Shown piece after piece: positions 11,101 to 19,453 of a stretch of 64,000 nucleotides of DNA (positions are counted from its first letter, which is position 1; each line of letters opens with the position of its first letter). Location: the IMG/VR virus record IMGVR_UViG_2862799924_000001, positions 7,607-71,606 of that record; one strand, written 5' to 3'. The notes under the pieces were generated by a model that saw only the letters and a list, made by a program, of their open reading frames with translations, had not been told where the DNA came from and searched no databases. A program made the position numbers and the translations under genes. This DNA comes from a virus. Its lineage: Duplodnaviria; Caudoviricetes.

Positions 11101-12374
11101 GTACTTTTGACGGCAGACCATACCGTCTCCCAGTACTTGACCAGGAAGAATATGCCGACGCCAAGAGCAGCGACGCCCGCCACTACGGCAAGAACCGTCA
11201 GCGCCGCTCCTGCCATCAAAAGCAGGAAAGGGGAAGCGGCGACAGCCAAAGCCGTGGTCACAACGGCCGCAGCTCCAGCGGCGATCGCATAGAGAACCAG
11301 CGCCGCACGCCACGCAAGGAATCCCCGAACAAGATTGGCCAGCAGCTCAGGCGGCAGCGAAGCAAGCACCTTCAGCAGCACCGTGAGGACACTGAAGGAA
11401 TCGTCGCTGAGATCGGCAGCCGCCTTCGCAATATTCCCGAGAGCCGTCACCAGCGCCGAAAAGAATTCCTTGACATCCGGCGCCACAGAATGCACCTTGT
11501 CGAGGAAGCGCGTGAAGCCCCCGCCCTCGCCCCACGACTTGAGACTTTTTGCACCTGCGGCCATCGACTGGAACAGCCGGTTCCCGTAGGGGAGGAAGTC
11601 GCGGACACCCTGTCCGAGGACGCCCAGCATGCTCTGGGTCGTCTTGATGAATTTCTCCAGAGCAGGAACACCCTGCGCCACCATGGTGTCGATGAACTGG
11701 TCGAGCCCCGGGCCGTCCATCCACGCCGCGAAGTCCTTGGCGAGCCTCGTGATGACAGGGCTGACAGCCTTGACCAGCGGAGTGAACTTCTCGAAGTTGC
11801 GCGCGAGGGCGCCCATCACGATCGAGACGGGAGTGAGGGTGTCCTTCTCGGTCGTCTTGATGAACTCGCCCCAGGCGCCCTTCATGCCCGAGGTGGCTTT
11901 GACGTACTTCTGCTGGGCCGGCGTCAGCCCGTCGATGATCGTCTTGAGGTTCTTCTTCGCCTCGTTGACCTTCTTGAGCTGCTCCTCGTACGCCTTCGTG
12001 CCCGGTGTCAGACCGGCCAGGGTCTCCTTCTGCTTTTCGAGGGCATCTCTCGCACTCTTCGTGGCGCCGTTCGTCGCCTTGATGGCGCCGAAGAGAGCAC
12101 CTCCGAAAATGCCCGCAGCAAGGCCTGCTGCTGCGCCGGCCGCAGCGAGTCCGCCCGCTACACCCGTAGCCGCGACCGCGATAGGAACGAGGGCGGGAGC
12201 GAAGGCCAGCGCGGCGTTCGTGACGGACGTCAGCTGCTTGCCGATATTCGACGCGGCCTTGTCCATGGCGCGCAGGCCGTTGTCGAAATCCTGGATGTCG
12301 CGGCGGGCCCGGCGTATGCCCGCACCGCTGTAGGTGGACGTGATCCCGAATGTGAGGGACGTGATCGTGGCCAC
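8103..12374 (-). CDS. tape measure protein with C-terminal peptidoglycan hydrolase domains
   Basis: 1423 aa; Trp-periodic helical repeats; GGEVNGPGSGTSDSI motif; SLT-like RESGWRWNADNPSSDAYGIPQALPG...QIKWGLGYIKSRYG. Confidence 0.95.
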   Translation of the reverse strand: MATITSLTFGITSTYSGAGIRRARRDIQDFDNGLRAMDKAASNIGKQLTSVTNAALAFAPALVPIAVAATGVAGGLAAAGAAAGLAAGIFGGALFGAIKATNGATKSARDALEKQKETLAGLTPGTKAYEEQLKKVNEAKKNLKTIIDGLTPAQQKYVKATSGMKGAWGEFIKTTEKDTLTPVSIVMGALARNFEKFTPLVKAVSPVITRLAKDFAAWMDGPGLDQFIDTMVAQGVPALEKFIKTTQSMLGVLGQGVRDFLPYGNRLFQSMAAGAKSLKSWGEGGGFTRFLDKVHSVAPDVKEFFSALVTALGNIAKAAADLSDDSFSVLTVLLKVLASLPPELLANLVRGFLAWRAALVLYAIAAGAAAVVTTALAVAASPFLLLMAGAALTVLAVVAGVAALGVGIFFLVKYWETVWSAVKSTAMTVWNWLTNGLGQLALVFLGPVGGLILLWQNWNTIWGWIASKVTWIYDKILTPIGHGFQWLYNFLVGNSVIPDLINGIIYWFNFLLAPLRIAIDAVIAITAMAWTGIQATWDIFWATFGPIFTAAWTGLAATASAAWAVLVAAWNFLWTVIVSAYQVGWAILSGSWQIGWAWLTGAAQIAWSTLVGFWRVVWATVTGIWNVFYATFSAVFSGAWNVVVAIAAGVWNVIKAAWQALWAVVTAIFLTFAAVFTGRWGAAWNAIKDAASAIWNVLRTAWQALLNVLLTAFNAFAGVFTAAFRATWAAIQSIATAAWNALRSSFQAFLAALQNLWNTAWTAIRNIFQTILNAIVSIAQSAWNLIRAAVQVFITAVTGIWNTGWTAIRTFFQTAANGISAAAGALWDKLREIFSTGSTWLRNTFWNPVRDFFTKTIPNAFDSAVKAIGKAWDALKKVVMAPVQAIVNVVYNSGIRKLWNVVATKFGASELPEFKLPGFAKGGEVNGPGSGTSDSIVARLSAGEHVWTAKEVAGAGGHEAVAALRRQAMGSANVRALGDPDHRFADGGGVLGTGWGPDSGPDLVPDGIIGDAWNGIKGAVGKLKDLALGAISGPFGAAVDGVAKLGKGAVRKVVPGDGTALENMGVGMIDEMAKTAKAWVSDNDVAPDTGGGGGFIPWAKWKSGDGNKQTYGGVVVNRRTAAMLGHASRLAKTSFSMTQGSYSSGKLSAGTHSGGGAVDLGPAKDSVVGAMRSSGFAAWRRTRAEGFAPHIHGIAVGDPTASAAAKAQVKAFHAGRNGLSNNGPDTYKGGITSGKSVAAAKATGKSLNAGRGWGSHWSALEALWTRESGWRWNADNPSSDAYGIPQALPGSKMKSAGSDWKTNPATQIKWGLGYIKSRYGNPSKANSFQKSNNWYGLGTPGARSGPAIVGEHGPELVGFRGGERVESNTALRDLVGNGGTTTVEVNVPVTVQGDATPGTVDKLQRELVPKLTMAIKQGVGRRP

Positions 12375-12393
12375 CGCGCACCGCCCCCGCTAT

Positions 12394-12672
12394 TCAGTTG
12401 TCGTCGTCCTCCTCATCAGAGGAGTCGTCACGTCGGTACAGCTCATGCGGACGGGGATAGTGCTTCGGCTCGGGAGCCGGGTTCTTCCGGTGCTTGCGGT
12501 CCGTGAAGTGCGCCGCGCCCTGCATGCGGTTCAGTGTCTGCACCTGCTCATGCAGCGCGGCCAGGACGCCCGCCAGATAGCTGTCATCGACCGGGCCCGC
12601 GTAGCGCTCGTAAGCCGCCCACTCCGCCAGTTCGCGGGAGTCGATCCGGGCGAGCAGCTCGCGGACCGTCAT
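12394..12672 (-). CDS. tail assembly chaperone, second (-1) frame
   Basis: LALALGMTVRELLARIDSRELAEWAAYER; the -1 frame is open upstream into the chaperone gene. Confidence 0.75.
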   Translation of the reverse strand: MTVRELLARIDSRELAEWAAYERYAGPVDDSYLAGVLAALHEQVQTLNRMQGAAHFTDRKHRKNPAPEPKHYPRPHELYRRDDSSDEEDDDN

Positions 12673-12686
12673 GCCCAGAGCGAGAG

Positions 12687-13109
12687 CTAGCCGGAAGTAG
12701 AGGGCTCGTCCTGGCCTTCGTCGAAATCCTCGGTCAGCTCCTCGACGTCAGCCTCGGTGAAGCCGTTCATCTCCTGGCACTTGTTGAAGACCCGGGACAG
12801 AGCGACGCTCGACTTCATCCCCAGCGCCTTGATGTCGCCTGTGGTGAAGAGCGGCTTGCCCTGGTCATCTACGGCGCACATCGTGATCATTCGTGCACGG
12901 AAATTCTCCAGGTTCTGCTTCTTCTTGCCGCCCGCCTGCCCCTCGGCCATGAAGCGCTCGAACCGGTCACGCTCCTCACCGATGAGCGTGCGCAGCCGGA
13001 CCTCATAGTCGTTGGGGTTCTCCGCCCCCTCCGGCGCCCACTCGGGGACCGGCACGTCCTCGGTCTTAAGATCCTTGGCTTCGAGGATCTGTTCACGGGA
13101 AAGCAGCAT
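12687..13109 (-). CDS. tail assembly chaperone
   Basis: MLLSREQILEAKDLKTEDVPVPEW...; lies between major tail region and TMP. Confidence 0.85.
   Translation of the reverse strand: MLLSREQILEAKDLKTEDVPVPEWAPEGAENPNDYEVRLRTLIGEERDRFERFMAEGQAGGKKKQNLENFRARMITMCAVDDQGKPLFTTGDIKALGMKSSVALSRVFNKCQEMNGFTEADVEELTEDFDEGQDEPSTSG
12723..12729 (-). other. candidate -1 ribosomal slippery site G GAT TTC
   Basis: A shift here gives GFRRRPGRALYFRLALALGMTVRE..., fusing the two chaperone ORFs without a stop. Confidence 0.6.
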
Positions 13110-13181
13110 TGCGGGTACCTTTCGATCACGGGATTTGGAACTCGGGGTTGGCGTCACGGGAATGTGGGGTAGCATCCGGCC

Positions 13182-13520
13182 ATGGCTCAAAAGACTGTGG
13201 TTACCTATATCGATGACCTGACCGGCGAAGAATCTGAAGAGATCGGCACGCACACGATTCTTGTCAATGGCGCAGGCGTGGAGATCGACCTGACGCCCGA
13301 CAATTACGACGACCTTCTCGAAAGGCTCTCGCCCTACCTGACCGCCGACGGCGCCCGCCGCGTACGAGGCACGGCAGGGAAGAGCAAGGGACGCAAGGCC
13401 AGCTCAGACGGCCCCCGCGCTGAGGACGTGCGCACCTGGGCACGGGAGAACGGGTACGAGGTCAATGACAGGGGTCGCGTCCCCGCGTCAGTCCGCGAGG
13501 CATACGACAAGGCGCACTGA
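13182..13520 (+). CDS. lsr2: Lsr2-family nucleoid-associated protein / xenogeneic silencer
   Basis: MAQKTVVTYIDDLTG dimerisation domain; VRTWARENGYEVNDRGRVPASVREAY DNA-binding domain with RGR hook. Confidence 0.93.
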   Translation: MAQKTVVTYIDDLTGEESEEIGTHTILVNGAGVEIDLTPDNYDDLLERLSPYLTADGARRVRGTAGKSKGRKASSDGPRAEDVRTWARENGYEVNDRGRVPASVREAYDKAH

Positions 13521-13531
13521 CCAGACGGAAC

Positions 13532-13560
13532 AAAGCCCCCGGTCCGATGCCGGGGGCTTT
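13532..13560. terminator. bidirectional intrinsic terminator
   Basis: AAAGCCCCCGG-TCCGATG-CCGGGGGCTTT between convergent genes. Confidence 0.75.
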
Positions 13561-13613
13561 GCTGTGCACGGGCCCGGCCGGGGTACCCGCGGACCCCGGC
13601 CGGGCCGCACCGA

Positions 13614-14102
13614 TCAACCGCGGGTAGCCGCGGCGATCGTCTCTGCGGCCTCGCCCAGGACATGTTCCAGCTCCCGGACCATTTCAGGCCGATGCTCTGC
13701 AATCGTCGCCCGGAACCAACTGCCGCCCGTGTGCTGCTGCACCCACTCATGGCGGTTGCCGAACACTGGGTGGCGCCAGCCGCGCGGGTCGTCCAGATAG
13801 CGCGGCAGATTGCGCTCCTGCGGATCCCGCATATTCGTGACGATGCGCACCCCGAGGCCACGCCCCGCGCCCGCCTGGATCGTCACACCGGACGCTACGC
13901 GCCTGCGCAGACCGGAGTGCTTACGGCCGTGGACAGGAAGCGATTTGACCCTGCGCTTCGCGTCCTCGGCAGCCGGCTTCGCCGCGTCGCGCATCGCCTT
14001 CCGCAGCTGCCCGGGAAGCTCCCGGTCGACATGACGCAGAGCAAGGGCAGTGCGGCGCCATTCCTCGCCCAGATGGACGTTGTACGTCGCCCGGCCCGCC
14101 AT
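13614..14102 (-). CDS. HK97 gp10-like tail/neck protein
   Basis: MAGRATYNVHLG...GWRHPVFGNRHEWVQQ; ATG overlaps the major tail stop. Confidence 0.7.
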   Translation of the reverse strand: MAGRATYNVHLGEEWRRTALALRHVDRELPGQLRKAMRDAAKPAAEDAKRRVKSLPVHGRKHSGLRRRVASGVTIQAGAGRGLGVRIVTNMRDPQERNLPRYLDDPRGWRHPVFGNRHEWVQQHTGGSWFRATIAEHRPEMVRELEHVLGEAAETIAAATRG

Positions 14103-14518
14103 CAGACAGTCGCCATCGTGATACCGGTCCGCTGCGTCGGGAAGGTGACCTCTGTTTCGCTGAGGTCGCCGACGTCGCCGGAAAGGGGCTGGTACTCCAG
14201 CAGGATGCATGTACCGGTGAAGGAGGGGTTGTTCACCGAAACCGCAGACGCCGTCGGCTTCACGACGACGGTGAACTCTGTCTCCAGGTCCCACAGGGGG
14301 AAGAGGGTCGCGTTCACTTCGCCGGACGCGAAGTCCTGCTGGAAGTTCAGGACGAAGGAGTCGTCCTTGAGGCCGGCCACGCGCTCGCGGCCCTGACCCG
14401 AGAAGTTGGTGGTCTCGATCTCGTCCTTGACCAGGTTGATCTCGACCGAGGAAATGTGATCGGAGAAGTTCACGCCGTTTACGACAATGTCGCAACTACG
14501 CAGGACTATCTTGGCCAT
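14102..14518 (-). CDS. major tail (tube) protein
   Basis: FSDHISSVEI, IETTNFSG, RVAGLKD, NPSFTG, PLSGDVGDL. Confidence 0.85.
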   Translation of the reverse strand: MAKIVLRSCDIVVNGVNFSDHISSVEINLVKDEIETTNFSGQGRERVAGLKDDSFVLNFQQDFASGEVNATLFPLWDLETEFTVVVKPTASAVSVNNPSFTGTCILLEYQPLSGDVGDLSETEVTFPTQRTGITMATV

Positions 14519-14789
14519 CGCCAGCCTCTTCCTTGTCGGCCAACGGCGGCCGTTCAGTGGCGGGCTTCACGTGCCCGGCTTCGATGAGCGCCCGTTCCTG
14601 GGCATGAGTAAGGGCGAGCGTCACGCGCTCGCCCCGGGTTTTACCGCCTACAACTTTCGGCCCGACAACCTCGTAGTCCCGCTCAGCGGGCACTTCCCTC
14701 GGAATACGCAAAGACCGCCTCGGCTGAGCCGCCGGGCGGTCCTGGATCGGGAGGGGCTGAGGTACCGGGCGATTACTCGCCCTGGCCAT
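14496..14789 (-). CDS. small hypothetical protein of the neck module
   Basis: ORF packed between neck genes; YEVVGPKVVGGK...ALIEAGHV. Confidence 0.5.
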   Translation of the reverse strand: MARASNRPVPQPLPIQDRPAAQPRRSLRIPREVPAERDYEVVGPKVVGGKTRGERVTLALTHAQERALIEAGHVKPATERPPLADKEEAGDGQDSPA

Positions 14790-14793
14790 CAGG

Positions 14794-15132
14794 TCAACGC
14801 CTCACAACAGCCATAGTGATCGTGGCGTCCAGCGGTGAGCACGTGATAGTCGCGAGCCCCGTAGTCGCATCGTGGTAGGACTTGAAAAGCGGAATCCACT
14901 TCTCTTGCATCGTGGTGCTGCCGATGGCCAGTGTGTAGGACTTGTTCGGTGCCACATCACCGTTCTCCAGCACCTGCTCACCAAGCACCGTCACCGTGAC
15001 GGTCGCCGAGTGCGCGCTGCGATAAACGGCAAAGAGACGGTCCCCGACTTCCATCGTGTCGGACGCCGTGGTCGCGGAAAAGGTGGGGGCAGTGCCCGCA
15101 GGCACAATGACTTGGGTTGTCCTGAGGGACAT
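14794..15132 (-). CDS. hypothetical virion protein
   Basis: Thr/Val-rich beta protein with RBS, in the structural operon. Confidence 0.6.
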   Translation of the reverse strand: MSLRTTQVIVPAGTAPTFSATTASDTMEVGDRLFAVYRSAHSATVTVTVLGEQVLENGDVAPNKSYTLAIGSTTMQEKWIPLFKSYHDATTGLATITCSPLDATITMAVVRR

Positions 15133-15143
15133 TGCTTCCTCGC

Positions 15144-15587
15144 TTAAGTACTGGAAGTGCGCACAGTCACCCGGACTACTGCGCCTACGTGCGGGATGCC
15201 CGCAGACTCGAATGCCCCGTCATAGGCGCTCACGCCTTCCGCGTGCGCATCCGTGCCGTCCGCTAGCCCCAGGTCCGGGTTCTCGTATAGGATTCGACGG
15301 ACACTTTTCGGCCCGGTACCGGTGACGTACTGGTCCAATGCCTGCTGCGCCAGGACTGCCTCTGTGCGGGCCACTAGCACGTAAAGCTCCAGATGCCACG
15401 TGTCCAGGCCACGGCCGAACGCGCCGTTGAATTCGCAGACAAGCCCGCTCATGTTCGGACGCGCAGGCATCACGACAACAGCGGGAACCTGCGTAACGTC
15501 CGCAACCTCCGCGTACACGTTGAGGTTCGGAATATTTGCCTTGAGTGTTACCTTGAGCGCAGCCCTTATTTCCGAGAGGGACGCCAT
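15144..15587 (-). CDS. tail terminator / tail completion protein
   Basis: Position after the adaptor; AQQALDQYVTGTGPKSVRRIL. Confidence 0.7.
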   Translation of the reverse strand: MASLSEIRAALKVTLKANIPNLNVYAEVADVTQVPAVVVMPARPNMSGLVCEFNGAFGRGLDTWHLELYVLVARTEAVLAQQALDQYVTGTGPKSVRRILYENPDLGLADGTDAHAEGVSAYDGAFESAGIPHVGAVVRVTVRTSST

Positions 15588-15588
15588 G

Positions 15589-16200
15589 TCACCTCACTCG
15601 GATCGGATCGCGGCAATAGCGGGAGAGCTTCGCGGCGGCCATACGGTTATCGCGGACCCGGATAGCGCCGAACTGGTCCATTCCGGCGACACCGAAAGGT
15701 GCGTCCTTTATCTGGAATGTTTCAGCCGCCATGATCAAGCAGGCTTGTTTCACCGGGGCGGGAACTGCCGCCCAGCCCCACTTCGCGGTGACACTCAGGC
15801 CTGTACTGAAGGAGAGCGAACTCGCGGCGTGTACCTCGTAGTACGGCCAGCCGGGCTGCCCGTCGATGACCCCATTGCGGGGGTGCAGCACGAAGTCATC
15901 GGCCGTCCAGGTCGCGCCCTCGGACTCGATGACCAGGCCGGTCACACTGTGGAAGTCGTCGACCCTCGCCCACTGCGAAACGGCCGGGCCCTCGCGCAGC
16001 GTGAAGACCTCGTCAGGCCCGTAGTCGCGGACCGTTGCCGTGTCCGTGCTGTTGAACTGCCTGCCGCAGTGACTCTCGATTTCACGGCTCACGGAGTCGA
16101 GAGCGCCTTCGAGGAGATCGTCGTACTGAGTCATGTCGTCGAGGTTCGACAGCCGAGTCTTCAGCTCCGCGAGCGTGGCGTACGGATCACCGAGAGCCAT
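15589..16200 (-). CDS. head-to-tail adaptor (gp6/gp15-like)
   Basis: YATLAELKTRL, SREIESHCGRQF, TAKWGWAAVPAPVKQACLI. Confidence 0.85.
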   Translation of the reverse strand: MALGDPYATLAELKTRLSNLDDMTQYDDLLEGALDSVSREIESHCGRQFNSTDTATVRDYGPDEVFTLREGPAVSQWARVDDFHSVTGLVIESEGATWTADDFVLHPRNGVIDGQPGWPYYEVHAASSLSFSTGLSVTAKWGWAAVPAPVKQACLIMAAETFQIKDAPFGVAGMDQFGAIRVRDNRMAAAKLSRYCRDPIRVR

Positions 16201-16205
16201 CCGCC

Positions 16206-16451
16206 TCAGCGGCCCTTGTTGTGAGCAGGACGCGCCTGCTTGTTCGCGGCCGGCGTCGCCTTCTTGGGCTCAGGCCTCGGGGCCGGCTCGCGCTCGACAG
16301 CCCCGAGGCGCTCGGCCTCTTCCCGGGAGACCACGGTGCCCGGTGACCAGTGAAGGAAGCGGGCTTCGGGGTCGGTCTCGCGTACGACGCGGCTGCGGTC
16401 CTCGGTGAGGCACCAGTGCTCTGTGACGGTGACCCAGTCGCGGCCCGTCAT
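16206..16451 (-). CDS. small head-module protein
   Basis: C-terminal PKKATPAANKQARPAHNK, common after actinophage capsid genes. Confidence 0.6.
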   Translation of the reverse strand: MTGRDWVTVTEHWCLTEDRSRVVRETDPEARFLHWSPGTVVSREEAERLGAVEREPAPRPEPKKATPAANKQARPAHNKGR

Positions 16452-16885
16452 CAGGCCAGCTCCAGGTAGGCCACGACGACCGAGCACTTGCCCGCCGTCA
16501 CGGCTCCCGCAGCGACGGCCATAGTGACGGAGCGGGCTGCCGTCGTCTTGACCAGGTCGGCGTCCCCGGCGTCCACCAGAAGCCGCTTGGCGCCCGTAGT
16601 GGAGATGACGGACGGCGAGGCGTTGGTGAGCGCCGCGGCACGCAGGTCACCGGCCGACTGGACGGTGAGCGCCACGGTCGTGGTCGTCACGGGGAGGAAC
16701 GCCGTCGTGACGTCGACGAAGGCGTCCAGCAGGATGGCGCCGCTGGGGAGCGCGTCGCCCCGCAGCGTGATCGTGCCGATCGCACCGCCGTCCACCGCGA
16801 AGTCATAGTTAGCGCGCGCATACTTCACGCGGCCGACGTGGTTCCCGGAACCGATCTTCCCGGTGCCGGGCATGATGTTGCCCAT
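16451..16885 (-). CDS. putative capsid decoration protein
   Basis: Follows the capsid gene; YDFAVDGGAIGTITL...AGKCSVVVAY beta protein. Confidence 0.6.
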   Translation of the reverse strand: MGNIMPGTGKIGSGNHVGRVKYARANYDFAVDGGAIGTITLRGDALPSGAILLDAFVDVTTAFLPVTTTTVALTVQSAGDLRAAALTNASPSVISTTGAKRLLVDAGDADLVKTTAARSVTMAVAAGAVTAGKCSVVVAYLELA

Positions 16886-16906
16886 GGGATTCCCTTCGTG
16901 AGGAAA

Positions 16907-16940
16907 ACCGAAGGGGCGCCAGACAGCGGCCCCTTCGGTC
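16907..16940 (-). terminator. stem-loop after the major capsid gene
   Basis: ACCGAAGGGGC...GCCCCTTCGGT inverted repeat followed by T residues on the minus strand. Confidence 0.6.
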
Positions 16941-16954
16941 AGGTCGGTTCTGGA

Positions 16955-18241
16955 TCAGAGGCCGGTGACGGCCGCGAACGCCAGCGGGCGGTAGTGAAGC
17001 GCGGCGCAGCGCATGTCCGCGCGGATGGCGAGCTTGCCCTTGACGAAGTAGTCGCTGTGCGAGTTCGAGACCTGCACGTCGATTCCGCGGCGCATCGCGA
17101 GTTCGGCGAAGTTCGTGTAGTCACCGAGCACGGCCTTCGTCGCTGTCACCGCCGTGGTCTCCACGACCGGAATCCCCCAGATGGTGAAGGGGCCGACCAT
17201 GCTGGGGTGCCCCCAGATGTACTGGCCGTCAGCGGTCTTCAGCAGCCGCACGCCCTCCCACTTCGAGGGAGCGATGAAGCAGACCGACGGCTCCGCGAAG
17301 CCGGTGTCGCGGATCTTCCGGGCTGCCTTGTAGATGGCGTCCGGGATCGAGTCGCCGCCGAGCGCCTGCGTGTTGATGCCCACCACGTTCTCGGTGCCGC
17401 GCAGGTTCGGCGCGGTGCCGTTGCCGACCAGGAGTTGCGAGTCGAGCCGCTGCTGAATCATGAACGGAAGACGGTTCTCGACATAGCCCTTCGCGCGCGG
17501 CTCGTCCTCGAACTGCTCATCCGTGACAGGCAGGAAGGTGGCGATCTTACGCACCGGCTCCTGCCGCTCGGTGAGCGCGAGCGCCGACTCCGGGTAGGCG
17601 CCCTGACTGTCCGCCTGGTTGGCCTCGAAAGTCTCGGCCGCCGCGTTCGTGTATGTGGTCTCTTCCATGTAGACGACGGCGCTCATGCCGGTCGTGGTGC
17701 TCGGGAAGTACGAAGCCACATGCACCGAGGGCCGCATCGGCATCAGCTCAAGGCGCCCCGTGCGGACGTCCTCTGAGTCCCAGCCGACCGGTGTCTCCAT
17801 CAGCGTCTTCAGGCTGATGTCGAGGTGTGCCGACGGGCCGACGCCAGAGCCCGGCTTGTAGCCCTTGAAGGCTTGCGACTCAGCGAAGCTCTCCCCCAGA
17901 CTGAGGCGACGGCCGCCCTTGCGCTCGGTATCCCGCCCGCCGCCCTTGGCGCCGTCGCCGCGCTCGGCCGCCTCTTCATCCTGCTTGGACGCAGCCGCGG
18001 CACGGCCGACGATCTGAAGCTCATCGAGCTTCTTCTTGCGCTCGATGATCTCGTCGTTCATCTTGCGGATCTCTTCGACCTTCGCGGTCGAGTCACCCTG
18101 GAGGCTCTTGACCTTCGACATGTCGTAATCAGGGCCAGCCTCAGAGAAGACGGTGGCCAGTGCCTTGCGCTTCTCGTCAAGCGCTTCCTGCGCCTGCTTC
18201 AGGGCAGGGAATTCAATGATGCGATCAGAGTCGTTGTACAT
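16955..18241 (-). CDS. major capsid protein, HK97 fold, with N-terminal scaffold domain
   Basis: PVRKIATFLPVTDEQFED, QLLVGNGTAPNLRG, LKTADGQYIWG, FVKGKLAIRADMR. Confidence 0.95.
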   Translation of the reverse strand: MYNDSDRIIEFPALKQAQEALDEKRKALATVFSEAGPDYDMSKVKSLQGDSTAKVEEIRKMNDEIIERKKKLDELQIVGRAAAASKQDEEAAERGDGAKGGGRDTERKGGRRLSLGESFAESQAFKGYKPGSGVGPSAHLDISLKTLMETPVGWDSEDVRTGRLELMPMRPSVHVASYFPSTTTGMSAVVYMEETTYTNAAAETFEANQADSQGAYPESALALTERQEPVRKIATFLPVTDEQFEDEPRAKGYVENRLPFMIQQRLDSQLLVGNGTAPNLRGTENVVGINTQALGGDSIPDAIYKAARKIRDTGFAEPSVCFIAPSKWEGVRLLKTADGQYIWGHPSMVGPFTIWGIPVVETTAVTATKAVLGDYTNFAELAMRRGIDVQVSNSHSDYFVKGKLAIRADMRCAALHYRPLAFAAVTGL

Positions 18242-18301
18242 GACGCTCCGTTTTCGGGCATGAAAAAGCCCCCGAATAGGGGGCCTCAAAGGACGCGACT
18301 G

Positions 18302-19453
18302 CTAGAAGTCGTTGATCAGAGCCAGAGACTGGACGTAGAGCGAGAGCTTCTGTTCATCACTCGGTCCGTCCGGCTCGTCATCCACGACCGGTACCGACAA
18401 GATGGAGTCAAGCCGCTTGAGTTCATCCCTGATCCAGTCCAGGATTTCGGAATTGACCTTTGAGAGCGACTTCCCCTTTTCGGCGCGCAGAGCGACCACC
18501 CGTGACGCGCTGTCAATTACCCCTGCCGTACAGGCAAGAGCGTCAATCAGTTCCTCACTCAAGGTGAGGCCCTTCGCGTGCCCGTCACTGCGGTCCCGCA
18601 GCTTGGGCGGCTCTCGATCGGCGTCGCGAAGATGCGATGCCAAGTGCTTGTAAACGGCCTCGCGGTCAGGCTCGGGGACCCCGGAGTCGCCGCATACGCC
18701 GTTCAGCCGCGCAATGCCCTGAAGGCACGCGCGCAGGTTGGCCGGCCCGTCGACACCGTGGTGGTGAGCCAGCAGATAAGAGCCCTTCAACTCCGGGTCC
18801 CCGTCGGGGTCGACCCATGCGTACACGCTGCGGAGCTGAGAGGGCCGCGCGTCCTTGGGCAGTTCGCGGATCGTCTTGGCGCCGTCCCAGGCGCGCGTGA
18901 GCGTCGCCGTCTCCTGTGCCGGAATCGGCCCGCGGACGGCAGTTCCGCCCCTCACGGTGCGGAGCTGGTCATCGTCCACGGCACGGCCCTTCGTCGACAG
19001 AGTGCGCGTATTGATTCCGGCACCCAGCAGAACGGGTGACACCTCGTGCACAGTCACGGCTTCGAGATAGCGGACCGGCTGATCCTTCTCTTCACCGAAG
19101 GAGTATTTGTTGATGTCAAAGCCGTACGACCACTCACCCAGGCCGTCCTTCGCGAGTTCCTTTACGGTCTCGAAAGTGTCGCGGCCCGCCGTGGTGTTCA
19201 TGAAGAACTGCCCCTCAAGGACGGCCCGCTTCCCCTTCACCCGGATGACGCCCTTTCCCACCGGGGGTGCGCCGTCCCAGGACTTGTGTCCGTAGGCACT
19301 GATAACGACCGGCGCCCCGTCGGTGAAGGCATCCTCACGGGTGTAATCCCCGTCGTGGTCACGGACGTTCATAGTCGAGAAGACTGCCGAGACAATGCCC
19401 TTTTCCGCGTCCTTGATCTCCAGGCCGCCGGACAGGCTCTTACGCTCCATCAT
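18302..19453 (-). CDS. HK97-family prohead protease with C-terminal extension
   Basis: FSTMNVRDHDGD, WSYGF, HEVSPVLLGAG. Confidence 0.9.
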   Translation of the reverse strand: MMERKSLSGGLEIKDAEKGIVSAVFSTMNVRDHDGDYTREDAFTDGAPVVISAYGHKSWDGAPPVGKGVIRVKGKRAVLEGQFFMNTTAGRDTFETVKELAKDGLGEWSYGFDINKYSFGEEKDQPVRYLEAVTVHEVSPVLLGAGINTRTLSTKGRAVDDDQLRTVRGGTAVRGPIPAQETATLTRAWDGAKTIRELPKDARPSQLRSVYAWVDPDGDPELKGSYLLAHHHGVDGPANLRACLQGIARLNGVCGDSGVPEPDREAVYKHLASHLRDADREPPKLRDRSDGHAKGLTLSEELIDALACTAGVIDSASRVVALRAEKGKSLSKVNSEILDWIRDELKRLDSILSVPVVDDEPDGPSDEQKLSLYVQSLALINDF

